From Callorhinchus milii (lineage: Eukaryota): DNA of 64,000 bases. The notes beneath the pieces were generated by a model that saw only the letters and a list, made by a program, of their open reading frames with translations, did not search any database and was not told the DNA's origin. The stretch covers positions 35,900,001 to 35,964,000 of the forward strand of contig NW_024704742.1 of the NCBI RefSeq assembly GCF_018977255.1, given 5' to 3'. Position numbers and translations under genes: made by a program. Below are positions 26,331 through 38,859 of this stretch, one piece after another (the stretch's first letter is position 1; the number at the start of each line of letters is the position of its first letter).

Positions 26331-27907
26331 ATTTATATTTCACATAGCATTGATTTCATGTCCATTATTCCCCATGGATAACATTAACCAAAAATAAATG
26401 CTGGTCCTGTCAGTGTCGCCCACATTACAAGAGAAGTAAAAAAAAGACCTGCTCTGTCTATGTACTATAACTCTTTTAATTCCTTCACTGTAATTACTTT
26501 ATATGAGCAGCCAAAATATCATGGAGTTTGGCGCCTCAGGAGAGGACAGGATCAAGCTTCACTGAGATGTCTTCCAAAGTCCAATAGCCTGCAATATTTA
26601 CCATTAAGGCTCAGGTATCACTGACTTACCGCAAAGTGCCTGTCAGAAATAGTCACCTGTTCCCTATCTTGCAGTCTTCTTCTATTCCCTGGGTTTTTTG
26701 ATGAGGAGCAACACTGGAATATAAGACTGATTTTTTTTCACAAGTTTATGTTATTTCATAAATGGCTGTAGAGTCAAGTCTCATTTGCGGGGGATATAGC
26801 CTTCAAACAAATATCAGATCCGAGTGTGTATTTCTCGTTTTGCATTTAACATTGTTTCTTTTATTTTTGGAGATAACTGGAGTGATGGTAAGTTTCAATA
26901 TCAACGTTAATTACTTGTTAGTCAGATACATAGTAAAGCTTCTTCCTTTTTACCCCAACAATGTATTTTAATTCCAATATCAAAAGAGCAACCCCAGCCT
27001 CAACATCCCTTTCAGTCTGTTTCCCCATCCCTTCAATCAGTACTAGTGACTGCCTCTGAGTAATACTGGCTTTGGTGCTGAGTTGTGTCAAGCAGCTGTT
27101 TGCATTGAATACGGTCTGAAATGCAGTGATGTCTACCAAGAATACTTAATAAAGAAACTAACTGGAGAGAAGTCACACCAACTCACAGGATCTCCACTAC
27201 AATGCAATGTAGTTCTGGAGAGAAGTTCAATATTGCCATGTTTTAGACCCCAGTTGTCTAAAAGGATGTACCATCAGAGGAAATTAATCATCAATGAAAT
27301 GTTTTTCTCCTGCTGCTGGTGATGTCTTTTTAATTTTGTGCCAGCAAAAAATTCTGACATTTTAACAGCTATGATAGTGGTGAAAGTTTACAGGCCTAAC
27401 AGAATGGAGCAAACCTGCTGAATTGAAAACACTAAAAATGAAAGATTGCACCAATTCTGCCACACCCTACCACTGATCTCCCCATATTGATGCAACTTTG
27501 CCACAGGCACTATAAGTCCTTACTACTGTAAAACACAGCTCTTATTGGTCACAGTTGAGAAAAACCCCTGTTGGAAAATGGATAGTAACAATTACACCCT
27601 GATAATTTAGATGTATACCCTTGTATCTACTGTTAACATATTTAAACCAATCCAAATTCACTTTACATAAGATCCATACAGCCCACAAAAACAGAACACC
27701 TTTATCCTTTCAATGTAGACCGAAATCGAACCCGGGTCCTAGAGGGTAAAACAATTGTGTTCCAACTCACTGCATCTTCAACACAGCAGTATACATTCCT
27801 CATAAGCCAAAGAAAAAAATAACAATCTTTAAAATAAAATAACATACTTCAATATATCACCATGCCATGTCTTCAGCTATCAATTTATGTTCCTTTTTCA
27901 TTTTCAG

Positions 27908-28009
27908 AACCTTCCTTCTGATACAGTCAAACGGACTGTGGTTAAGACCGATCTTTATGCCCAAGCTGTCATTTTTGATCACTTGATACGAAGAAAGACT
28001 TTGGCATAA
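27908..28009 (+). CDS. CFAP299: CFAP299 last coding exon
   Basis: Acceptor ttttcAG, phase 0, compatible with the previous exon. Translates NLPSDTVKRTVVKTDLYAQAVIFDHLIRRKTLA*, matching the recalled human C-terminus ...TELYVQAVIFDHISRRKT. AATAAA at 28098 and 28522. Confidence 0.92.
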   Translation, partial: NLPSDTVKRTVVKTDLYAQAVIFDHLIRRKTLA

Positions 28010-29394
28010 AGGAACTAAGGAAGATCGGGTCAACAATTTTTACATCAAGAAATTGGCTGATGAATTAGCTTGACTGGCTTTGTGTAACTGCTAAAAAAAT
28101 AAAAACAGTAACCTGGAATAGTTTGTATGAACTCTATAACGAAGCTTCGGTTAACAGGTCCAAGTGAGTAATGCCTAGGCAACATTATTAGTCATTAGTT
28201 AAAAACAGTTACTTATATACTTAGAACCACATCCACTGTATTTAAAATCTTGGTTTTATTATTATATTGAGACAATTTCATTTCATTATAATAATGTACA
28301 CTATGAAAATTAGATACCTTAAAAGATCTTTAGACCATTTGATGTATTCCAGATGTTTCATTGTCAAGCACTTACAAAATGAATTAAAGCCAAATACCTC
28401 ACAATTGTCTGTTGAGTATGCACAAAGTACAGTGACCTTTGACGGTGATTGTGGTTTTGATTTCTTGTGATAAATGAAAACTATTGTTAACTTCTGTTTA
28501 ATATCAAAATAGAAGCCTTTGAATAAAGAGGTCTCAGACAAGTTATGACATTCAAACTCTTCCACATAATCACTGCAGAAATGCAGCATGTTTTCACAAA
28601 GGAAATATTCAAAATATACTTTTACTAAGATCAAATGCAATCCAGTCTGGTTCCATAATTTGTATGGTTTCCTGTAATCATTTCCCCTTTCCCTTTTGGC
28701 TGATAGATATAAATTGGCTAAGCTTCTGCACAAATTATTAATTGAAATAATGCCAGTAAGTTTGAATGCTGGGGTGTCAAATGAACAGATCTTACCTCAC
28801 TCAGAATTATTAGCTTTCAATGTACTGTTATGTTCTATTTACATTGGCCGTCATTGAAGCAGAGTTAAATCTGCCTAATTCAGATTTCTGTGTACTAATG
28901 TCAATGTGATCAATTTTTGCTTTGAATTAGTCACAATACAAGCCCTACTCAAGCATACATTTCATGTCAGAACCACTTCGGAAGCAGTACAATATAAACA
29001 CTCACATGATTTCTTGGCATATGAGCTGTGATCTGCCCACTTCATCTGCTCCAGTCCTATCACCATAACGAGGGATTAAACAATATCTTCAGTGCTCATT
29101 TATACATTTTGGGGGGATTTAAACAGAACCAGTAAAAAATGACTAGTGAGCTTGCATAAAGTTGCTTGGACTCCATGAACAAAATATATACTTGTGGTTG
29201 ATGAAATTGATTTTAATTGTTTTCATTTTTCAGACAATATTTTTTTTCAATTTTTATAGACTTTTATCAACAATTTTCACAACTTGATGACACAACACTA
29301 GGTCGATAATCGTGATAATTTATCCATGTTTATTACTTGCATAAAGTCATAAATCCGACAATCTTAGATCTTGTCCACTTGGCAAAAGATATTT

Positions 29395-29950
29395 ACAACA
29401 ACAAGAACATTGCATTTGTATAGCGCCTTTCACGTCAGGAGGACCTTCCAAGGCGCGTGACAGACAGAGTTTTGGACGCGAGCTGGGGCTCGGGATTGGG
29501 AAGGTGTTGGGCAGGGGGGGAAGTAGGTTGATCGAAAGCACGGTTGAAGAGGAGCGTCTTGTGATGGGTCTTGAAGAAGACAAGAGAGGGGGTGAGGCAG
29601 AGGGACTGGGGGATAGAGTTCCAGATGGTAGGGCAGAGTGGCAGAAGGCCTGCCTGCCTATGGTGGGGTGAATGAGGTGGGTGACGTGAAGCAGGGAGCG
29701 GGCAGGATGGTAGGGGGTTAGTAGGTCGCAGAGGTAGGGGGAGCAAGACCGTGGAGGGCTTTGAAGGTGAGGACCAGGATCTTGAATTGTGTCCTCTGAG
29801 TGATGGGAAGCCAGTGGAGTCAGACAAGGATGGAGGTGAAAGGATCATGGAGCCTGGTGCGGGAGAGGACACGAGCTGCAAATTTCTGGATGATCTACAG
29901 CCTATAGAGAGGAGTTGGAAAGGCCGACAAGCACTGAGTTTGCATAGTCA
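29395..29950 (-). mobile_element. L2 LINE 3' fragment
   Basis: (CAA)n tail and stem-loop at 29395-29457, followed by the reverse complement of the LHWLP/FKILVL region. Confidence 0.9.
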
Positions 29951-30196
29951 AGCTTCAATGTTATGAATGCGTGTATTTAGTAGGAAACAGCCATTTTATT
30001 ATATTCAAACAAGCAAGCAGCTATTTTAAATAAATAATCTTTGCATTTAATAGAGCACCTCATCAGGTCAAAACATTTCAAAATGTTTCACAGTGTTTCA
30101 CTGCAAGGTATAGTGACTGCATTTGTAGTCTCTCACCATAAACATCGTTCTACACAATATTATCATCTTGTACAGTATTTGATATATCAAATTAGA

Positions 30197-30648
30197 TGTC
30201 AGCTTGGCTCAGTTGTGAGTCTGGGCTAACACTCAGTCAGGGGGTGCTGTGGGAGCGCTGTATTGCTGAAGCTGCTATCCTTCAGATCAGACGATAAACT
30301 GAAGTCTCATCTGCCACAATGCACCAGATAATAATAATAGTAATAATAATCCTTGCATTTGTTAGAGCACCTTATCATGTCTTTCAGACGTCCCAAAGTG
30401 CTTCACAGAATATACTGTAAAGTGAATTGACTGTATAGTTTATGGGCGAAATGCGGCAGCCAATTGCACACAGCAGTGTTCCAGATAAATTGGCCAATTC
30501 ACTTCATGGCTGTTCATGCAACATTGTTATGTGTAAATCGGCTGCTGTGTTTGCCTACAAATAGTCACTTCAAAGCACTTACCTGTGAAGTGTTTTGAGA
30601 CATTTCGATGTTTTAGGCACTATATCAAATGCAAAGTTTATTATTATA
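30197..30648 (+). mobile_element. Deu-domain SINE carrying a nested antisense tRNA-SINE 3' fragment (30332-30480)
   Basis: Head TGTCAGCTTGGCTCAGTTG and Deu core CTATCCTTCAGATCAGACGATAAACTGA. Interrupted by a minus-strand SINE tail flanked by the direct repeat CCAGATAA (30324, 30481). Confidence 0.75.
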
Positions 30649-33600
30649 TTGGCTTTAATGTAAGGTGTCAAGCATTTCACAGCTAATGTTGTCAATTAAG
30701 TCAGAGTATTTCACATCAATCAATTTGTGCACCTCAAGGTCCCACAAACATCCGTTTATCTGGAGCAATGTTGGCCAAAAGATCAAGAGTCTGGCTAGCC
30801 AGACTATTGGGGGATGGGGTGGTGAGATCAGGTCCGGTGAACCAGAATTTCTGGCTAAGTGTAATTACAATGAGAGGACCAGCATTTAGTGGCATTTTTC
30901 AAGCAGAATAAAGCGAATAAGCCGAATTTTAAAAAAATGTTTGAGTTTTGGGCCTGGTCAGGCTAGGTTGGTTAGCCGAAGTTTACTGTATAGCACGTTC
31001 TGGGGATTCACTCCCTGACACAAAGAAATGCTAGAAATGGAATAACCTTGCATCTGCTCCACTGGATCCTCAGATGATTGAAGTAATTTCAAAACTGCAG
31101 CCTCTTCTTACACATCGAGTGCTTACCTAGATAGAAAATTGCTATAGGATTCTGATTGCATCTGAACTCCTTGGTTGTGCCTATTGTTTCCATTATTTCC
31201 TATGTGAGGGTGGTGAAAATAATCAAGCCAAACATAAAAGGCCTGCTTTCTCCATTAGCAAGTGTTAGGCAGACCATTTCCCATTTCTTCACACACAGTG
31301 TTTGGTGTCGCTGGAAGATTTGCTGCTTTCCTTACTCAAATCAAGACAGAGCTGCTAAACAACTTCATGAAGACGTGGCCCATTTAAGTAACTTTCTCTT
31401 TTTTTACTGCCTTCCAGTCTAGGTAGATCCAGGACAATTCTGATTTTATCCTGAATCCACCTGAAGCAGATTTGGCAAACTGTCAATAATCACAGCACAG
31501 CGAGAAGCCACTCATGTCAGTCTGTTCAGTCTCTATTGTCTTCCATGAACCAGAGCACATCAGAAACTGGAAGCATATGATAAATGATAAATGGGGTGTA
31601 AGTCACATCAGAGGCTGTAAAGAATGATATGTAACTCAAAACATTTATCTTAAGCAGTCCGTTGCTTTTAATTAAATCTGTGTATAATATATACCTAACT
31701 TGAGACACATTCTTTATTCTCGTGGCTGCTATATATTTTAGATGTTGTCAAATACAAAAATCTGTATTTTTCAGCATGTGCTTCTTGTTTCAGGAGCGTA
31801 ATTTGATGCAATTACACACATAATTATATTATTTTCAGGCATTCCACCAAGTGTAACTTACCACTTCTATTCTAAAAGCACCGACTTCGGCTGCAGTATA
31901 GTTCCTGTGAAAATTACCCTCAAGTGTATTGTTCAAGGGGTCTTTTTTTCATGTATCACTCTAAATAGTAAGTACCGGTAGGATACTCGATTCTGGAGAT
32001 TTTGCTACAGAACTCAGTACTATCTTTACCTGGCAATCACACGTACACTTGTGCACTTTTCAACAGAAGTCATGAGATAGTGATCAGGTTTAGAGACCCT
32101 GGGCAGCATTCTCCCTCATTGGGGAACTAAGTTTGATCATGGTGTCACCACGTCACGTAATAATTCGTACATTTGGTATGGCGCTTTTTATGTTGGGAGG
32201 ACGTCTTTCTTCACAGGATATACTATAAAGTGGAGTGATTGTGTGTTTTGTAGGCGAATGCAGCAGAAATTTGCCGCAGCAGTACACAAGAGCAAATAGT
32301 CTCATACATCTGTAAGACTCAATAACCAACGTGTGGTGCGTTTACTCATCTATTGTGAAAATAAACTCCTTTTTTTAAGATGATATTTTCCATTGATCAA
32401 CAGAAAAGAAAAAGCATCTGCCTCTAATTGGAGTCAGGCATTAGCCGGAAAGTTAGGCAAGTTACATTAATAATATTCCTTGCATTTGATATAGCGCCTT
32501 GTAATATCATGGAGACGTCTCAAAGTGCTTCACAGAATATACTGTAAAGTGGACTGACTGTCTATTTCGTGGGCAAAACACGGCAGCCGTCAGTAATTCA
32601 CAGGAGATGTGCGTGACTACTGGTTCACAATCTTTTGATGCCTTAGTTTCATTTTTCATAGCATTGATATGGCTGTAAGAATCTTCACTCTTAGGCTGAA
32701 CATTCCCTAAAAACTCCACTACATAGACTGATGATTGTTTGTATTCCCGGTCCATGACAGACAGTATTTATTTTTATTCCCAGAAGGAGTATTTAGGAAG
32801 CAGTAACCTGCTCGGAGATCAGAAATGTGCAGTGCTTAACTTTGAAATGTTTGTTATGTTTCTATAAACAAATTAAGGGCGTGTGGGCTTTTCTGAAGCT
32901 CATTACATCTAGAACCCACCCACCAGGCTTTCAGTTCCATTTGACCTGTAAAAAACATCTTTTGAAGTAATGAAAAAAAGGGAGAAAGTATTTGTTTTGA
33001 CTGATGTCAATACTGTTAGATATTAATTTTGATCATTTTGGTTACCTGTGGTTTCTTTTGTATTTTCCATTACTGATTTTGGTCCATCTTTTTTTGAGGA
33101 ATTTTCTGAGAATCAATAAAGTTCCTAACAGCTATACAATTTATGGACTTCTAAGGCCGAAATTTCACTTTAGCTTAAACTTTAAGACCGTTTTGTCTTA
33201 TAATATAAGATTGCATATAATGTGGAAAATTCTGAAATTTAGTCACAACTTGGAACCTATTTTTCTGCAGTTATTAAAGCCAACTAGTTTAGGTTGACAG
33301 GTGGAATTTAGAGATCCCATGGCACTAGTTGTAAAGTATCCTGGCCAAGAATCTTCCTGATAAATTCATCATTCACCTTATGGGACCTGGCTGTGCACAT
33401 ACTGACTGCAACATTTACCTACAAAAACACTTGACAATAATTATTTGTAACGTACTTTGAGGCATTTCAACACTATAGGTGCTATTATCAAATGCAAGGA
33501 TTATTATTTAAAACATCCTTGAGCTCCTCGATTTTTTTCCAGTAAGGACAAAACTCCTCATAAAGTAAAACTCTTCAGTCCTGGAATCATCCTCGTTCAC

Positions 33601-33889
33601 TAATTGAATAATTCAAGTTTCTATTAAATTTGAACTTTTATAATCATGTAATGTGTTAACACCTATGGGCTAATCAGCACATTTACTTGAGTCGATCGTA
33701 GCAACCTTATGATATGAAACAGATAGACCGATCCCCATGCATGCTCTCCGGTAAACCCCCCCAACACCATTCTCAATGACTGTGCCTGAGAAGCTTTAGT
33801 TTCGCTTAGCTTTAATCTTGTTTAGTTCAGATGACATCTCGCTCACCAGCAGTCAATGCTGTAATATGCAAATAGGAATGAGAGAATGA

Positions 33890-34170
33890 GAGGTTAAACT
33901 GAGGTACCATCTGCCTGTTCAGGTGGACATTAAAGATTCCATGGCACTATTCGAAAAGCGAAGGGAGTTTCTCCTGGTGTCCTGGCCAACAATCTTCCAG
34001 TTAAAATAAGTCATTCACTTCATGGATGTTTATGGGATATTGACATGCCCAAATTAGATGCTGAGTTCACCTGCAAAATACACAGTCATTATATTTTACA
34101 TTATATCCTGTAAACGGCTTTGAGATGTCCTCCCGACTTGAAAGGTGCTATATCAAACTTATTATAATTA
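33890..34170 (+). mobile_element. Deu-domain SINE 3' part
   Basis: GTTAAACTGAGG..ATCTGCCTGTTCAGGTGGACATTAAAGATTCCATGGCACTATTCGAA..GGAGTTTCTCCTGGTGTCCTGGCCAAC, followed by an L2-type tail. Confidence 0.8.
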
Positions 34171-35270
34171 ACACATAACAAAATGTACAAATGTGCCTAA
34201 AACTATCTACAATATTTTAAATGTGGCTTCACCATTAATCAATACATATACAAGGTTAGAATAACTTAGTTTGATTTATGGTGAATACACTTGACATGCA
34301 ATGTAGTATTTGACTTGTTTTGTTGACAGTCACTTTACATTAACTGGAAACCTTCAGCAAATGATCAATCTCCCCCAAATCTTTTGCCTTCCGCCTCTGT
34401 TAATGGATAGCCCTTTATTTTGTAAAGGGACCCTTCTTTATCAAAGTGTGACTTTCTATTCATTGTTTCTGGTCTTGTGTCATGATTATTACCTTGCTGG
34501 GATTTCAAATTAAAAAAACTATCCTCCTTGGAGGAAGATAAGTGGAGTCTCCTTGGAGCTGAACTGAAATGTTTGCAACAGAATGTCAGAATTGAGCCCA
34601 CCCTCTATGGCTGTCTCGGTGGATCTCTTCCTGAGCCAGGTGAGTCCGCAGTACTCCCAGGGCACTACTTAAAGGCCAGCCAGCATGGCTCATCGGCTGG
34701 AAGTGAAAGGACAGACCCTCTTCCCACTCAGCTCCCGTTAACCCTGCAAGGGCTAACAGGTAGGTTGGTCCTAGCTGGTCAAGCAGTGGGAAAGCCTGGC
34801 AGATGGTGATATCAATTACAAGCTATGCAGTTTTAGCTGTACCGCAATCCTTTGCTCTTGCTAACTTGGGCCAAATATTCCAGAATTAGCTAAGCAGAAA
34901 AGCAGGATTTTTTTTTGTTCAGCCGGGTATCTGACACATGCAGAAACCCATCGCCATGCTTAAGAATATCCAAACCAAACAAAAAATTCCATGCATTCCA
35001 CCAACACATGGAAATTCCAGAGATAGATTGTTGGAATGGAAAGTGCACTTTCCCTGGAGGGACAAATCCTGCTTATCTAATTCCGGAAAGTATTAGGCGC
35101 AGGTTGGCAAGAGGAGTCAAGACCAATTTTCCCTATTAAACCAACTCTATCCAGCAACCACATCCAGTGGCCACTCTTTTTTTTAGCACTGTTGATCTAA
35201 GAAAAACTTCAGAGGCTAGTTTTAAGTGAATTTAACTGTACTTATTGGTAATCCATTACCAATTTACATA

Positions 35271-35418
35271 GGGCTGTGTGCAGACTTATGCTAGACTCCT
35301 AGTACATCTACCAACACCCACTTAGCAACCTACGTGATGCCTACAAGATACCTGCCTCACTGATGAGAGGGTGTTGATAAATGCACGAGGAGTCTAGCGG
35401 AAGTCTACATATGGGCCC
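35271..35418. mobile_element. Palindromic MITE-like element
   Basis: Arms of about 50 bp are imperfect inverted repeats (GGGCTGTGTGCAGACTTATGCTAGACTCCT.../...AGGAGTCTAGCGGAAGTCTACATATGGGCCC). Confidence 0.65.
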
Positions 35419-37011
35419 GCAGAATTTTTAAAAAAATGTCCACAAACCAACAAATTCTTACTCAAAAGCCCTTACATAAAGACCACTCTGGTCCGGTCCC
35501 CTGAGTGGTTGCTGAAAACAGGTTTGACTGTACTTTAATTGATAGGAGATCTGGTACTAAATACTGTACGAAGTTTGACTTCTTGCAATGTTTGTCCTCT
35601 TTGTTTGCATTCATTTTCACACTTGAAACATGATTCTGTAATACACTTCAATTCATTTTATGAACTGTTTACTGTTACATTTTAGTAAGCATGGCAGCAA
35701 TTATCTGTAAATATCAAAAACAGTTTTCAAGTGAAGCAAAAGTTAAAACATGTCAGTGTTTAGAAGATACTCCAGTGCTGTGTTAGAGAAGCTTGTGCCG
35801 TTCTTCGTACGAGACATTAAATCTAGGTCCCATTAACATTATCCATAGATGTTACCTTTCTCTCTCTTTCCGTGCAAGGCACCCAACTGAATATCAATAT
35901 TGCTGGGTGACCCTTTGAAATATTGGTCATATTTCTTTCTTATCTGCTGCAAAGGTCCATCTGGCAAGTGGAGATAATAAGTCAAATAATTGCAGTTCTC
36001 ACCCAAGGGAATTTCTCTTCTCCAGTAGAGGGCAGTGGCAACACTTTACCTTTTTTTTATCAAAAGCTTTTTATATTGGATTTTTTTAAAACTGATTTTA
36101 AAAACACGTTTAGACCTTATTTGCCTTCCAACTTCCCGCAGTTCAATCCCACTGATTGTTTTCTCTATGCCTTAAAAATGCTTCTTCAATCTCCTTGATG
36201 CCAGTTAGTGTGCTGCAGTCTCCATGAATATAAAAGAAAAGTATTTGCAAATAGTGAAGTGCTTACAGTAGTGTTTATAGCAAGTAGCATAAAGGAAATG
36301 ATTCCTAAGAGTTGTTTATTTCCTCAACAGTTTAGCTATTTGGCAACTGGAGCAATAAGTCTGATCCACAAGTATCAAGTATGTGTTCCAAGTCAAGGAG
36401 AAATTACAGTGCCCTGTGCTCTCAACGCATTCCTTTTAGCTTATCATCAGACAATAGGTTTTGCAGGTTATATGCGAAAGGAAATATGCACATATTTTAT
36501 TTAAGATGAAAGCTCTTTTCATTATTGGAATTGCTAAAATTACTAAATTGAGATCTGTTCGGTAAGACATGATTTGAATTTCAGCTCGACATAATATCCC
36601 AAGTGTTTTAGTAAGTCCCCAAGTGATTTTTACATTTTACAAGATGATGTCTCCTCCCTCGTTCCCTTCATGCTTTATGTTCAAAATGCTGTAATAATAT
36701 TCTTTGTAGTTGATATATCATTGTCATCAAGTCTCAAACTAAGTCACAGGACTTTTACCATGAAGTGGAGTGGCTGTGTATTTGAAGATGAATATCTACT
36801 ATGTCATTGGACACAGAGATCAGGGATATGGTATTTTTGGTATTTCCTCAGATAATGTTATGAATAAAAAGCATGCTTGATTAAGAGCTCTGAGGTTAAG
36901 CTATTTACTAGAAACTGGGTTGCGTGACTGAAAGTGATTTTGTTCCACGTTTTGCTTCGGAAATGGAAGTGTCTTTCACAACAATCCAAGTTTAAAATGC
37001 ACATTGTATTG

Positions 37012-37270
37012 AAGAGTCCTGTAGCTCAGTGGATAGAGCACTCGCTTTGCAAGCGAGAGACCTGAGTTGAATTCCAGGCAGAGGGCGAAACCTTGGGCAA
37101 GTTTCCTTACTCCACACAGAGCCTAATAATAATCCCTCCAAAACCAAAAACAATAATAAATTGGTCATTTTCAATCTACGACTGTTTGTTGGACATTACT
37201 GTGCGCAATTGGCTGCCGCGTTCGCCCACAAATATGCAGTCAATTCACTTTACAGTATGTTCTGTGAAGT
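37012..37270 (+). mobile_element. tRNA(Ala-TGC-like)-derived SINE, short subfamily, 3'-truncated
   Basis: A box TAGCTCAGTGG, anticodon arm CTCGC-TT-TGC-AA-GCGAG, B-box-like GAGTTGAATTCC. Body nearly identical to the copy at 43331. Confidence 0.9.
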
Positions 37271-37411
37271 CCCCTTAGGTTCAAAAATAGCCTGTACAAA
37301 TCTTGAAGCTTGTCCAAGGTTGATGGGCACTTGTTCAGAACTGCACCAATTCGTATTGATCATTTAGCAGAGAGGATTTTTTGAAATACCTGCAGCATTA
37401 AATCAGGATAA

Positions 37412-37860
37412 CTTGCCCAGTTGATAGCCTCAGCTCTGAGTGAGAAGGTTGTGGGTTCAAGCCCCATGTAGCGACTTTGAGCTCATAGACTAGGCTAGTA
37501 CTCCAATGTAGTGCTCGGGGAAGCCCTCTAGTATTGGAGGTGACAATCGTCAGCGAATATATTAACCCAAAGACTGTTCATTCAGGTGGACATTAAAGTT
37601 CCCATGAAGATTTCCATTTATCCCGATTTAATGCTGCAGGTATTTCAGAAAATCCTCTGTTAAACAAAGCAAAAAGGGAATTTCTCCCCAAGTCCCAGCC
37701 AGCAGTCCTCCAGATAAATTGATCATTCATTTCCTGACTATTTATGGACTGTAAACAAATTGTCTGCCTCATTTGCCTACAAATACACAGTTGCTAGACT
37801 TTGTTGAAAATGCTCTCAGACATTTCAACATCAGATGGCACCATATCAAATGTAATTCAC
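37412..37860 (+). mobile_element. Deu-domain SINE containing an inverted insertion
   Basis: CTCTGAGTGAGAAGGTTGTGGGTTCAAGCCCC head and TTCAGGTGGACATTAAAGTTCCCATG core. Confidence 0.7.
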
Positions 37861-38859
37861 ATCCTCCCAACGTGAGAAAAGCGCTATACAAATGTAGTTT
37901 GTTGTTCTTGTTCTTGTAGGCATTATTATTATATTGGCTCGGCTTCTGTTTCAACAAGTATTTTAATGATTGATTCTGCTTAGAAATTGGATCAGTGTTA
38001 AAATAAAGGGTAATCTGGTTTTACACATTGTATTGAAGAGTCAACAAGTTCCTGATCCCAATCCCCAGATCAGGTGCAAATCCTTGATTATCCAGCACTT
38101 TGGGACATCCTACCGACACGAAAGGCGCTGTACAAATATAATTTGTTGCTCTTGTTGTTGTTTTAGGATTAAAGCAAACAAATCATGGAAGCATTCAGCT
38201 AGACAATTACTAGTTAACATCTCCATCTCTGTTCCCTCCCATTGCTTTTGGGACATCCTCCCGAGGTGAAAGGCGCTATACAAATGTAATCTTGTTGTTG
38301 TTGTTGTTTGGGGCACAGAGTGAACGTGTTATTAGTGAAATATTCACACTAGAACTGCTGAAATTGTTGAATCTTGGAAATTCATTTTCGGAAGTAAAGT
38401 AAAAGCGTTGTCCAAGGAAAGTAAGCCCGAAGCGAGGAATCGGCTGTTTAATGATACGGTGTAATTTAATGCGAGGACATGCAGTCTTGCTGGGGATTTG
38501 CAAGTTACTGAAGGCTGAAGGGAAGACAATCCAACAAATGTCACAATCTGGGTGTAACTGAGACTGCAAAAAGTCGCTCAGGTCTGACAGCAGCTTCATC
38601 AGTCAACTCCAGCAAAATCAGTTCAGCAGAGGATCGATTTGGTAGATCAAGTAACAGGTGATGCACACCTGCTAATGTCAGGCAGGTAAGTGGGGTGGAG
38701 GTAAAGTGAAGCCAAGTGCGAGTCTCCATTGATGTTGGTCCTTGTGGAGATTTGTGAAATGTGAAAAGTTGGCACCTCAGTTAGACTGGTAAACACAGCA
38801 AACAATTAACACGGTGTATTGTGCCCATCTGTGCATATTGTATCACAGTTATTTCCACG

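Noticed and set aside
27923..27935. TACAGTCAAAC, resembling a Tigger/pogo terminus
   Set aside because: It lies inside the CFAP299 last coding exon (D-T-V-K) and has no matching partner end nearby.
35360..35366. CTGATGA hammerhead ribozyme core motif
   Set aside because: No correctly placed GAAA or stem II/III; the motif falls within a MITE-like palindrome.
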